Origin: Candidatus Dojkabacteria bacterium
Lineage (GTDB): Bacteria > Patescibacteriota > Dojkabacteria > B142 > WJKM01
Length of the DNA: 64,000 nt
Assembly: GCA_014729085.1 (NCBI GenBank)
Contig: WJKM01000008.1
Coordinates: 163 to 64,162, forward strand
Direction of reading: 5' to 3'
Part shown: piece by piece, positions 19,781-29,397 of the stretch
How the letters are laid out: each line of letters begins with the position of its first letter
How positions within the stretch are numbered: the stretch's first letter is position 1
The notes under the pieces: generated by a model
What the model was told of the DNA's origin: nothing
What the model saw: only the letters and a program-made list of their open reading frames with translations
The model's database searches: none
Position numbers and translations under genes: made by a program

Positions 19781-20374
19781 CTAGATTTTATATTTTGCAT
19801 ACAAAACTTTATTTTTCCAGGATGAAACATTATGTGCACCATATTTTGTACCCATTAATTCTATGTTCCACGCATATTTTGAAGTATATTGACGTGAAAC
19901 TTTTGCTGTTAATACCTCAAGTGCTTCTTCAAAGGAAGAGTAGTAAACATTGTTCATGTAACCATAGCAGTTAAAATTTTTCATCGGATGTTTACATATT
20001 CCGGATTCTGCAAGCATAATGCCAACATTTAAACGATAATCTACCCCATTTTGTTTTGAAGTCTCAATAATAATTTTTGAATATCTGGGTGAAGCTATTG
20101 GAGATCCATATCTTTTTAAAAATCTTGTGAGTCTTATTACTTCATTATCAAGTTTTGTATATTTTGACTCAAAGGAATGAATTTCATTTTTATTCAAGCA
20201 CAAGTTATCTGAAATCAATTCATATGTAATATTTTTTTCTGTATTTTTATAAATTTTATGATTATAAAATTTAGGATTAGTGGAAATTACTAGATAGAAA
20301 CAGATGTAAATAAACAATATAATTAGAAATTGGAAAATAAGAATTTTTGGAATAGTTTTCAAAAATTTTTTCAT
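19781..20374 (-). CDS. Membrane-anchored lysozyme-like (transglycosylase/glucosaminidase-type) protein
   Basis: N-terminal TM; GVDYRL..GI..AESG with candidate catalytic Glu; NCYGY. Confidence 0.55.
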   Translation of the reverse strand: MKKFLKTIPKILIFQFLIILFIYICFYLVISTNPKFYNHKIYKNTEKNITYELISDNLCLNKNEIHSFESKYTKLDNEVIRLTRFLKRYGSPIASPRYSKIIIETSKQNGVDYRLNVGIMLAESGICKHPMKNFNCYGYMNNVYYSSFEEALEVLTAKVSRQYTSKYAWNIELMGTKYGAHNVSSWKNKVLYAKYKI

Positions 20375-20575
20375 TTCAAAAGCAGTAAGAATGGGTTAAA
20401 AGATAAGATCAGAATACAAGATTTAAATAGAAGATGCAACTTTTCCTAATTTTTCATTCTATTAAATTGAATAAAGAAGTAAATACTCGATATAGTAATA
20501 TTCAAATTTTATGCTATTCATGATATAAATATTTATTCTTAAGTTCATATATTTTAATTTTTATTGTAAATTCAT

Positions 20576-21172
20576 ATGGGTGCTGCATTATTTATTCCAT
20601 TGTGTCTAATCGGAATCCTAGTCTTAGTTGTATTAGGAATTGGAGGTTGGCTTTTGGGTTTATATAATGGTTTGGTCAGACTTAAAAATATTGTTGATGA
20701 GGCATGGAGTGGTATAGATGTTCAATTAAAGCGAAGATATGATTTGATCCCCAATTTGGTCGAGACAGTAAAGGGATATGCAAAACATGAGAAAGGAACA
20801 TTCGAGAAAATTGCACAGTTGAGGTCTACTGCAATGAAAGCAGATAGTGTCGAAAAAAGAGGAAAAGCAGAAGCTGAGTTAACGAATACTTTAAAAACTT
20901 TATTTGCGGTAGCAGAAAATTATCCAGAACTTAAAGCTAATGCAAATTTCATGAGTTTACAGGAAGAGTTGTCGAAAATCGAGACAGAGATTCAAGGTGC
21001 AAGAAGGTACTATAACGGTACAGTAAGAGATTTTAATACTAAAATACAGATGTTTCCTGCCAATTTAATTGCCGGAATGCTAGGATTTAAAAAACGAGAT
21101 TATTTTGAGGCTGATGAAGATGAACGCGAAAATGTAAAAGTTGATTTCAGTGAAAATGAAGAAAAGAAATAA
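20576..21172 (+). CDS. lemA: LemA family protein
   Basis: YNGLV, IDVQLKRRYDLIPNLVETVKGY, ENYPELKAN, RRYYN. Confidence 0.95.
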   Translation: MGAALFIPLCLIGILVLVVLGIGGWLLGLYNGLVRLKNIVDEAWSGIDVQLKRRYDLIPNLVETVKGYAKHEKGTFEKIAQLRSTAMKADSVEKRGKAEAELTNTLKTLFAVAENYPELKANANFMSLQEELSKIETEIQGARRYYNGTVRDFNTKIQMFPANLIAGMLGFKKRDYFEADEDERENVKVDFSENEEKK

Positions 21173-21190
21173 TAGTAATGTAATGAAAAA

Positions 21191-21712
21191 ATGCACATTA
21201 TGTTAAGGCTTGAGGAGCGACAATTAAATGAATCTGAAATTAGTTTATTGATGTCTGCAATAAAGCAAATTACTAGTATTTTTTACATAAAGAAGAGTAT
21301 GTGGTCTGCGTACAAATATGTCTATGTAATAATGAAAGAATCGGAATTTATTGGTGTTTGTGTAGTAGTCCCGTTTAAAAACTGGAAAAAAATTGGGCCA
21401 ATAATAATTCTCAATGAGTTCCGTGATCAAGGATTTGGAAGAAAGGTTTTTAAGGAAGTTATTAAAAGGAACCGAAAGAGCAATCTTTTTTTAGGTAGTT
21501 CAAATCCTAAAATTCACAATATTATCAAAGATTTTGGTTGTGAATACACTAGTAGTTTTTTTAAAATTCCAAAGGAAGGTAAATATTATATTCTAAAACA
21601 TCTCTTCAAAACAATGAGTTGGAATTTTATTTTAGAATTTTTCCAAAAGTTACCGAAACGTATTCAATCTGAATATAAGTATTTTTATAAATATGGTAAA
21701 AATGTCAATTGA
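21191..21712 (+). CDS. GNAT family acetyltransferase
   Basis: EFRDQGFG motif A. Confidence 0.7.
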   Translation: MHIMLRLEERQLNESEISLLMSAIKQITSIFYIKKSMWSAYKYVYVIMKESEFIGVCVVVPFKNWKKIGPIIILNEFRDQGFGRKVFKEVIKRNRKSNLFLGSSNPKIHNIIKDFGCEYTSSFFKIPKEGKYYILKHLFKTMSWNFILEFFQKLPKRIQSEYKYFYKYGKNVN

Positions 21713-22466
21713 AAAATTAGATTTAACAAACTCCAAAGGGTCTAAAATAAGTACTGTTTTGTCTGATTTAGGTAAAGACTTTATAGTTTTATTGTGCCAT
21801 GGCTATCCATCAAACAAACAGAGGGAGAAGTATATTAATCTAGAAAAAGTATTGAACACAGTAAGTATTTCTACATTGAGATTTGATTTCTCGGGGCAAG
21901 GAGAAAGTGGGGGGGAATTTTCTGAATTCAATTTAAGTCAAGGAATCGATGATTTGCAATCTGTTATATCTTCAATAATAGATAAAGGTTTTCAAAACAT
22001 TGGGCTTTGGGGTAATAGTTTTGGTGGAAGCGTTGCGATACAAGTCACCCCAAAGTTTCCGGAAATTAATAGTTTATGTTTGACAGCTCCGGTTATTGAT
22101 TGGAAAGACCAAAAGTCAAAAACTAAAACTAAGGAAGAAATGAATGCTTGGAAAGAAAATGGTTTCATTAGGATAAAACAAAGAGAAGAAAGCAAAACTT
22201 TAGATATTCCCTATTCTTTCTATCAAGATAGTATCCAGTACAATGGCTATAAGGCATTTTCAGAGATTCAGGTTCCAATTCTCATAATTCATGGTAACAG
22301 AGATGAAAAAGTTCCGATTTCTTTGTCTAAGAAAGCTGAAGAGTTAAATTCTAATGCTAAATTAGTAATATTAGAAGGTGCTAATCATCATTTTTCTGAC
22401 AAGAAGCATTTAGATTTGTTAATGGGATTTTCAACAGAATTCTTTTTAAGAAATAAGTTATATTAA
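21693..22466 (+). CDS. Alpha/beta hydrolase
   Basis: CHGY, RFDFSGQGES, GNSFGG, HGNRDEKV, GANH catalytic triad. Confidence 0.9.
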   Translation: MVKMSIEKLDLTNSKGSKISTVLSDLGKDFIVLLCHGYPSNKQREKYINLEKVLNTVSISTLRFDFSGQGESGGEFSEFNLSQGIDDLQSVISSIIDKGFQNIGLWGNSFGGSVAIQVTPKFPEINSLCLTAPVIDWKDQKSKTKTKEEMNAWKENGFIRIKQREESKTLDIPYSFYQDSIQYNGYKAFSEIQVPILIIHGNRDEKVPISLSKKAEELNSNAKLVILEGANHHFSDKKHLDLLMGFSTEFFLRNKLY

Positions 22467-22483
22467 TTTTTTAAAATATTACC

Positions 22484-24499
22484 TTGAAGATCAAACTGAC
22501 TAAAGTATTCTTTATAACGATACTATTTTTATTATCCCCTCTTTTCTTTTCTCTTGCACATGCTAGATCTTATGTTTATGAAGAGGTAAAAGTTGATATC
22601 GAAATCTTAGAAGATACTACGATGATAGTTGAAGAGGAAATGACTTATAAATTTAATGGGACCTATAGAGGAGTGTTTAGAGACATTACACTAACAGATT
22701 ATGAAGATTTAGAGTTTTGTAGAGAAAATCCCGAGTATCAGTGCGGAGGTTTTAACTCTATTGAGGTGCTTGAAGTTAGAGGAGATGAGGGAAAGGTCTT
22801 AAATGAAACTGAGTATACTGTTGAAGAATATTATAATGAAGACTATGCTCAGGATAGATTAAAAATTGACTGGATGTTTGCTCCAGATGGGAATTTTTTC
22901 AATGATGAACTCTTTAAATTTACAGTGAAATATAAAGTCTATGGAGGTGTTGGCTTTTTTGAGGATTATGATTTATTTTATTGGAATACGCTTTTTCCGG
23001 ATCGAGATGTTAATATTAATAATGCAATCGTCAATATTTCACTTCCAAAAAGTATGAGTTTCCAACAGGAAGATTTGAGAGTAGAATCCGATTATGAAGG
23101 AATGTATACCTATGAATATAAAGACTTAACAAATACTCTGGAACTTACAAAACAGGATATCGTTCCCTACGAGGATTTTACCGTTATTTGGAAACTACCA
23201 AAAGGATTATTAAAGGAACCTGCAGAAATTATCGTGAATACACCTTTTCTTCCAATAGATCCAACTTACTTCATAAATGGTACTGAAAGAAAGGCTTATA
23301 ATGGAAGAATAGAAGGAGTTCCGGCTGGAAATATAGAGTTCGAAGCAAGGAGGATAGGATATCAAACTTATAATGAAAGTCTTAATCTATCCGCTGGAGA
23401 AGAAAGGGAAGTTAATATTGATATGTCCCCTACTCTACCTTTCACTATCATCTTAATGTGTGTGATGATTGTCAATTTATTAGGATGTGTTGGAATTCCA
23501 GGAAGTATTCTCTGGATATACATGCATTGGAGACGAAGAGGTAGAGATGTAGATAAACCAACAACTGTTGTACCTATTTTTCAACCCCCAGATGATATAC
23601 CGCCTTATCTATTAGGTTCACTAAAAGATGAGAAGGTTGATATGGTTGATATAACATCTACGCTTATAGATGCCGCATATAAAGGTTACATTAAAATTGT
23701 TGAAATTTCCGAAAAATCCTTCTTCAAAGAGGCGGAGTTTGAATTCATCAAGAAGAGGAATTTTTCCGATCTTGATCATGTGGAAAAAAAGATATTGGAA
23801 GATATTTTTAGTTATAAAGACAGGGTTACAACGAAAAGTCTGAAAAATTCATTCTATCTAAAAATTCCTGGAATCAAGAAAGAAATTTATAAGGAAATGG
23901 TAAACAGAGGTTATTTTAATAAAAGACCAGACCAGGTAAGGAATAAATATATTGGTTTTGCAATATTAATTATTATATTTAGTTTAATTTTGCTAACAGG
24001 TGTTTCTTTTGCTGTTATAGTTTTCACTGGAGTGCCAATAGGTATATGTTTGCCCCAATGTGCTCTTTTATTGCTTGGTGTTGCAATGATTCCAGTAGCT
24101 TTTATTATGCCTGCTAAGACTGCTAAAGGTTCGGTAATCTATATGAAAACTTTAGGTTTTAGAATGTATATGCATCATGCAGAAAGATATCGAGTCCAGA
24201 ATTTGACTCCAAAAACATTTGAAAAATATTTAAGTTATGCAATTGTCTTTGGTTTAGAAGACAAATGGGCCGAAACCTTTAAGGATATATATAAAGGTCA
24301 ACCTGATTGGTATCAGGGACAGGGTAGTTTTTCACCTACAACATTTGTTCACTCTTTAAATAGTATGTCAAGTACCACTGCTTCGGCTATGAGAAGTACT
24401 CCTTCAAGTTCGAGCGGGAGTGGATGGTCTGGAGGAGGAGGTTTTTCTGGAGGTTTCTCTGGAGGCGGAGGCGGAGGTGGAGGAGGAGGAGCTTATTAA
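22484..24499 (+). CDS. DUF2207 family membrane protein with PEGA-like insert
   Basis: Signal, YRGVFRDI, TLIDAAYKGYI, FEKYLSYAIVFG, PDWY, Gly-rich tail; near lemA. Confidence 0.85.
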   Translation: MKIKLTKVFFITILFLLSPLFFSLAHARSYVYEEVKVDIEILEDTTMIVEEEMTYKFNGTYRGVFRDITLTDYEDLEFCRENPEYQCGGFNSIEVLEVRGDEGKVLNETEYTVEEYYNEDYAQDRLKIDWMFAPDGNFFNDELFKFTVKYKVYGGVGFFEDYDLFYWNTLFPDRDVNINNAIVNISLPKSMSFQQEDLRVESDYEGMYTYEYKDLTNTLELTKQDIVPYEDFTVIWKLPKGLLKEPAEIIVNTPFLPIDPTYFINGTERKAYNGRIEGVPAGNIEFEARRIGYQTYNESLNLSAGEEREVNIDMSPTLPFTIILMCVMIVNLLGCVGIPGSILWIYMHWRRRGRDVDKPTTVVPIFQPPDDIPPYLLGSLKDEKVDMVDITSTLIDAAYKGYIKIVEISEKSFFKEAEFEFIKKRNFSDLDHVEKKILEDIFSYKDRVTTKSLKNSFYLKIPGIKKEIYKEMVNRGYFNKRPDQVRNKYIGFAILIIIFSLILLTGVSFAVIVFTGVPIGICLPQCALLLLGVAMIPVAFIMPAKTAKGSVIYMKTLGFRMYMHHAERYRVQNLTPKTFEKYLSYAIVFGLEDKWAETFKDIYKGQPDWYQGQGSFSPTTFVHSLNSMSSTTASAMRSTPSSSSGSGWSGGGGFSGGFSGGGGGGGGGGAY

Positions 24500-24525
24500 G
24501 TTTAAATTACCATGGATTAGAAGAA

Positions 24526-24957
24526 ATGGATCATTTAGCAATAATGAAAAAAAGCTGGGGACTTATTGACAAAATTATCAAAGGAGCAAAGATTGCGGAG
24601 TCAAGATGGTATAAAACAAAAAAAGCACCTTGGAATAGAATTACAGTTGGTGATAATCTATATTTCAAAGATTCAGGGGAAGAAGTTAAAGTTAAAGCTG
24701 ATGTAACCAAGGTTCTTCAGTTTGATAATTTGAATCCATCAAAAAGAAAAGAAATATTAGATCAATATGGTAAGGATGATTTAGGAACTTCAGATCTAGA
24801 AAACCAAATTAGGGAATATACCAAGGATAAAAAGTATTGTATTATTGTATATTTTGAGAATGTAAGGATTCTGAAATCTTTTAAAATAGATAAGACAGGG
24901 TATGGCGCAATGAGCGCTTGGATAGTCGTAGATAATATAAATAAAATTAAAATATAA
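24526..24957 (+). CDS. ASCH/PUA-like domain protein (start revised to ATG 24526)
   Basis: MDHLAIMKK..., G.K.AESR, GDNLYFK; the longer start merely overlaps the upstream Gly-rich tail. Confidence 0.7.
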   Translation: MDHLAIMKKSWGLIDKIIKGAKIAESRWYKTKKAPWNRITVGDNLYFKDSGEEVKVKADVTKVLQFDNLNPSKRKEILDQYGKDDLGTSDLENQIREYTKDKKYCIIVYFENVRILKSFKIDKTGYGAMSAWIVVDNINKIKI

Positions 24958-24967
24958 TATATTTATT

Positions 24968-25342
24968 ATGGATATTAAGCAGTATTTACTAGAAAGCGAG
25001 AAAACTAATTCGCATTTATTTAACCCCGATGAGAGAGCAAAAAATTTACTTCATGGTTCTATAGGTATTTCTACTGAGGCAGGTGAGTTACTTGATCATA
25101 TGAAAAAACATATATATCAGGATAGAGATTTAGATGTGGTTAATATAAAAGAGGAATTGGGCGATATAATGTGGTATATGGCAATAATTCTACGGGCCTT
25201 GAATCTTGATTTTGAAGAGATTTTAGATTTGAATATTCAAAAGTTGCGAAAAAGATATGGAGAAGAGTTTGATGAGCAGAAGGCTTTACTACGAGATTTA
25301 GATGAGGAAAGAAAAATTTTAGAGGGAAAAGAAACTAAATAA
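24968..25342 (+). CDS. MazG-like nucleotide pyrophosphohydrolase
   Basis: GISTEAGELLD..KK, EELGDIMWY, NIQKLRKRY. Confidence 0.85.
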   Translation: MDIKQYLLESEKTNSHLFNPDERAKNLLHGSIGISTEAGELLDHMKKHIYQDRDLDVVNIKEELGDIMWYMAIILRALNLDFEEILDLNIQKLRKRYGEEFDEQKALLRDLDEERKILEGKETK

Positions 25343-25368
25343 ATTTAATTATTTAACTAAACTACATA

Positions 25369-26232
25369 ATGTCAATAAAACAAGCTGTAATTAGCGATGC
25401 AGGTATTTCCAGTAGATTTCTACCAATTGTAAAAACTATTCCCAAATCTTTTCTTCCAATAGGTAATAAACCAATTATTCATTATTTGGTTGAAGAATGC
25501 GCGGAAGCCGGAGTGGAAAAAGTTATCATTGTTGCACGAGAAGAAACAAAAACTTTTTTTGATGATTACTTTCATAATAGCTGTGATGAGTTGGAAGAAC
25601 TATTAAAGAATATGAATAAACTTAATCGATTTAAAAGTGTTAAAAATGTATTCGATTTACCTAAGGTACAGGTGATAACTCAGGACTTAGACTTACCTTA
25701 TGGAACTGCAGCTCCTGTAATCTCTGCAAGGTCATATCTAACAGAAGAAGAGCCGTTTCTTTTTTTACATGCTGATGATTTAGTAATTGCTGATAACAAA
25801 GACTGTAAAGTTTTAGTAGATGAGTATGAAGAAAATTCTGATTATGCGGGTTATATGATTACTGAAGAAATTAGTTTAGAAAGGGTGCATCTATATGGGA
25901 TGGTAAAAACAAAGGGGCAAAACAAAGATCAATTAGATAGAATTGTGGAAAAACCAACCCAGAAAGACACTCCTTCACTTTTAGCATCTTATGGCAGATT
26001 TTTATATAAATACAAAATCTTCGAATATTTGGACATAGATAGACTTGGTAAAGATAATGAATTATGGAATGTTGATGCTTTGACTGCAATGGCACAAGAG
26101 TATCCAGTTAAAGTAGTTAAAAATAAGGGTACTTGGGTAACGACAGGAGATCCTTTGAATTATTTTAAAGCCCAGATTCTTTTTAGTAGAACGAAAAAGA
26201 AGTATTCTGAAATACTAGATAAGCCAAGCTAA
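25369..26232 (+). CDS. Sugar-phosphate nucleotidyltransferase (GalU-like)
   Basis: AG.SSRFLP..K.IPK, KPIIHY.VEE, PYGTA, IVEKP, ASYGRF. Confidence 0.8.
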   Translation: MSIKQAVISDAGISSRFLPIVKTIPKSFLPIGNKPIIHYLVEECAEAGVEKVIIVAREETKTFFDDYFHNSCDELEELLKNMNKLNRFKSVKNVFDLPKVQVITQDLDLPYGTAAPVISARSYLTEEEPFLFLHADDLVIADNKDCKVLVDEYEENSDYAGYMITEEISLERVHLYGMVKTKGQNKDQLDRIVEKPTQKDTPSLLASYGRFLYKYKIFEYLDIDRLGKDNELWNVDALTAMAQEYPVKVVKNKGTWVTTGDPLNYFKAQILFSRTKKKYSEILDKPS

Positions 26233-26243
26233 TATGGACTCTA

Positions 26244-27653
26244 ATGGCTAAATTGTTTTCTAAGAAAAAGACAAGTCTAATTTTAACTATGTTTTTAGTT
26301 ATTTTTTCAGTATTGATTGTGTTTGTTCTAAGCAGAAGAAACAAGGAGTTAAATACTAGGACAAACGCCTCAAATCAACTATCAAATTATATTATTCCAA
26401 AGAAAGTATATGTGTTGATATATAATCCAACTTTACAGCTGGAAGGTAATCCTACTCTTGTAGAATTTAAAAATTGGAATAATCCTAATGAACTAGTCCA
26501 ACAACTTGAGAATTGGTTTTTGGTCACTTCCGAAGAAAGAGTTCGTTATAACATAGTCTCTATCGAAGAAATTGATGCTATCCCTATCAAAGAAGATGGA
26601 TTTGAATATACTCAAGCTTCCTATTTAGAATGTTTAGAGGACGAAACTGAGTGTCACAAACCGGACATAGCAGATTATTCGGAAATTTTTAATAATAATT
26701 CTATATGTGAAAAATTTAATAACGGTGAGTTTGATGAATTATGGATGATTGCAGGTCCGTGGTTTGGATTTTATGAATCTAGACTAACTGGTCCAAATGC
26801 ATTTTATTATAATTCCCCTCCATTAAGAGGCACAAGTTGTAATAAACTTTTACCAATTATGGGTTTTAATTATGAAAGAGGTCTTGAGAATATGGTTCAT
26901 GATTATGGACACAGATTAGAGGATACGATGAAAAAAGTATATGGTTCATGGGATAGAAATTCATCAGCACATAATTGGAACAAGTTTGCATTAGTTGACT
27001 CCCAAGCTAATAGTTTTGATTTTAGTGGATGCGGTTTCTGTCATTTTCCACCTAATGCTATTGATGATTATGCTTATTCAGACACGAGAAACGTAAGATC
27101 TTATTGTAATCAATTTTACAATTATCCCAATTTGGACAACTTGAGTGATAATACAGATACTATTTCCTGCGATGTTTGGGGTTGTAATGAACTTGGATAT
27201 TTTAGATGGTTGTTTAGGCATATGCCGAAATATCAAGGCTATGGTCCAGATAAAAAATTAAATGATTGGTGGATGTATCTTATTGATCCCAATATTGTTC
27301 TTACAAACATAGTCCCAGATTATTGCCCAACTATTACTCCTACTCCTACTCCTACTAAAACTGCAACTAGTAGTCCCGTGATTACTGGTACCTCTACAGA
27401 AGACTCGACGCCTACAGAAGATCCGGAAACAACTATTACATATATTCCTACTTCAACTGAAATGGTTACAGAATCACCTATTGATAAAAAATCTGATTTT
27501 AACAAAGATGGAAAGGTTAATATAGTTGATTTTAGAATATTTATCGAATGCTATAAAGCTGAAACTTCGGAATGTGATTTAAATCGGGATACAAAAGTTG
27601 ATCTATATGATTTTGTTGAATTTCGCATGGATTATCTTCAAGAAAATAGTTAA
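26244..27653 (+). CDS. Membrane-anchored surface protein with possible metal-binding domain and C-terminal dockerin-like module
   Basis: TM; HDYGHRLE; Thr/Pro linker; DFNKDGKVNIVDF...DLNRDTKVDLYDF. Confidence 0.75.
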   Translation: MAKLFSKKKTSLILTMFLVIFSVLIVFVLSRRNKELNTRTNASNQLSNYIIPKKVYVLIYNPTLQLEGNPTLVEFKNWNNPNELVQQLENWFLVTSEERVRYNIVSIEEIDAIPIKEDGFEYTQASYLECLEDETECHKPDIADYSEIFNNNSICEKFNNGEFDELWMIAGPWFGFYESRLTGPNAFYYNSPPLRGTSCNKLLPIMGFNYERGLENMVHDYGHRLEDTMKKVYGSWDRNSSAHNWNKFALVDSQANSFDFSGCGFCHFPPNAIDDYAYSDTRNVRSYCNQFYNYPNLDNLSDNTDTISCDVWGCNELGYFRWLFRHMPKYQGYGPDKKLNDWWMYLIDPNIVLTNIVPDYCPTITPTPTPTKTATSSPVITGTSTEDSTPTEDPETTITYIPTSTEMVTESPIDKKSDFNKDGKVNIVDFRIFIECYKAETSECDLNRDTKVDLYDFVEFRMDYLQENS

Positions 27654-27668
27654 ATGTTTATTGATAAT

Positions 27669-28871
27669 CTATCTATTGTTTAAATTTGCTTGTCTGCTTA
27701 TATTTAATAGAATTCCAAGAGCAATAAAAATAGTCACAGTTGAACTTCCCCCATAACTTATAAAAGGAAGAGGTATTCCAGTAACCGGTATAAGTCCGAT
27801 ATTTGCTCCTATATGTAAAAAAGCTTGTAGGGTTATCCAAATTACAATTCCACTGGATAGAAGCCTTCCGAAACGATCGGGAACTTTTTCGGCAATTTTT
27901 AAACCTCTAAAAAGTATATAAAAATAAATTGAAGTAAGGATCAGGCTTCCAACTAACCCAAACTCTTCGGCAATAACTGCAAATATATTATCGCTAAATG
28001 CTGTTTGTCCTAAATAATGAAATTTTTGTCTGGATTCGCCAAACCCCACACCAAAAAGGCCTCCGCTTCCTACTGCAATAAGTATGTTTTGTAATTGATA
28101 GCCTGTTCCTTTTGGATCCTGAACTTCTCCAGTTATTAAAAAATCTTTGTAAGTATTAACTCTTTTATATCTATAAGGAGCTAATATTGCTGCAAATATA
28201 CCGAAAAGGATTAGTATAACTAAAATAAATGCTGTCCCAATATTATGTAAGTAATCTCTTCCTGATAAAAAGTAAACAGCTAAAGATGTAAGTCCTATGA
28301 TTCCAGTTGTTGCTAAATCAGGTTCAAGTAATATTAATAAAGATATTAAAGTAAGAATTGTAATAAAAGGTATGAGATCCTTTTTAAGGTATTTTTCAAT
28401 ATCAACATTTTTAGTTTGAGATTTTTGTTTACTTGTCCAAGCAGCTAAATATATTAGAAAAGTAAGTTTGGTCAATTCGGACGGTTGAAGGTCAAATAAC
28501 TTCAGATCTATCCATCGGGTTGCACCGTTTATTGTTTTTCCTATTCCTGGAATTAATACTAGTATTAATAGTAGTATTGAAATACCCAAGCCTATGGCAA
28601 TATACTTGGGGTATTGTTTATAATCAATTATATACACAAAAAAACAGCATATAAGTCCTATTATTATATAAATACTTTGTCGGAAGAAAAAATAAAAGGG
28701 ATTATCTTTAACAGTTATGAAACTTGAACTATAAACCATTAATAACCCAAAAATTGAAAGTCCTAATATTAAAAAAAGTAATGTTTTATCAGGAGTACTC
28801 TTGGTAATTCGTCGTAAATTTTTTCTCCTTTTTAGTATTGTTTTCTTTCCTCTGACCATCTTGGCAATCAC
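27669..28871 (-). CDS. ftsW: SEDS family peptidoglycan polymerase FtsW
   Basis: GLLMVYSSS, NGATRWI, QPSE, EPDLAT, GSGGLFGVGFG.S.QK, P.TGIPLPFISYGGSS. Confidence 0.93.
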   Translation of the reverse strand: MIAKMVRGKKTILKRRKNLRRITKSTPDKTLLFLILGLSIFGLLMVYSSSFITVKDNPFYFFFRQSIYIIIGLICCFFVYIIDYKQYPKYIAIGLGISILLLILVLIPGIGKTINGATRWIDLKLFDLQPSELTKLTFLIYLAAWTSKQKSQTKNVDIEKYLKKDLIPFITILTLISLLILLEPDLATTGIIGLTSLAVYFLSGRDYLHNIGTAFILVILILFGIFAAILAPYRYKRVNTYKDFLITGEVQDPKGTGYQLQNILIAVGSGGLFGVGFGESRQKFHYLGQTAFSDNIFAVIAEEFGLVGSLILTSIYFYILFRGLKIAEKVPDRFGRLLSSGIVIWITLQAFLHIGANIGLIPVTGIPLPFISYGGSSTVTIFIALGILLNISRQANLNNR

Positions 28872-29021
28872 AAGTAGTAAAAAGTAAAAAGTGCCTGTTA
28901 AGAAGTATGAATTCTCTTACTTTATTATTTAAATTAATTATAACTTATTGTTTAATAATTTAAAATTATATGTACAAACGTAAATTACCATTAAGCTAAA
29001 TCTAGGTGTATAATACTATCT

Positions 29022-29264
29022 ATGTCTAAAGATAATAAAAAGCATAAACCCCAATCAAAATATAAAATAAATTCCGATACAATAATCTCAGATATTGTAG
29101 AGTTATATCCAAAAGCTGCAGAATTGCTTCTAGAGGAGTATGGACTTTATTGTATTAATTGTTTTATGTCTGAATTTGAAACACTTGAGGAAGGAGCAAT
29201 ACGTCATGGTATCGATGGCAAGGATTTTGAGAAACTCTTGGAAGAAGTTAATAATCTTACCTAA
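29022..29264 (+). CDS. DUF1858 (redox disulfide) domain protein
   Basis: ISDIVELYP...GLYCINC....ETLEEGA..HG. Confidence 0.8.
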   Translation: MSKDNKKHKPQSKYKINSDTIISDIVELYPKAAELLLEEYGLYCINCFMSEFETLEEGAIRHGIDGKDFEKLLEEVNNLT

Positions 29265-29397
29265 TTATCCCTTTTACGCTCTAAGTTTAATCCGTTTATA
29301 TATTCTTGTATACTGGATATAGTTAAGGAACTAACGAGCTGAATATATAGAGTAATAAACTGTTAAGAATTCACTATGTTATTTAGGATCTTTTTAT

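Noticed and set aside
24424-24525. Arg/Trp-rich N-terminal extension of the ASCH protein
   Set aside because: Out-of-frame reading of the Gly-rich DUF2207 tail
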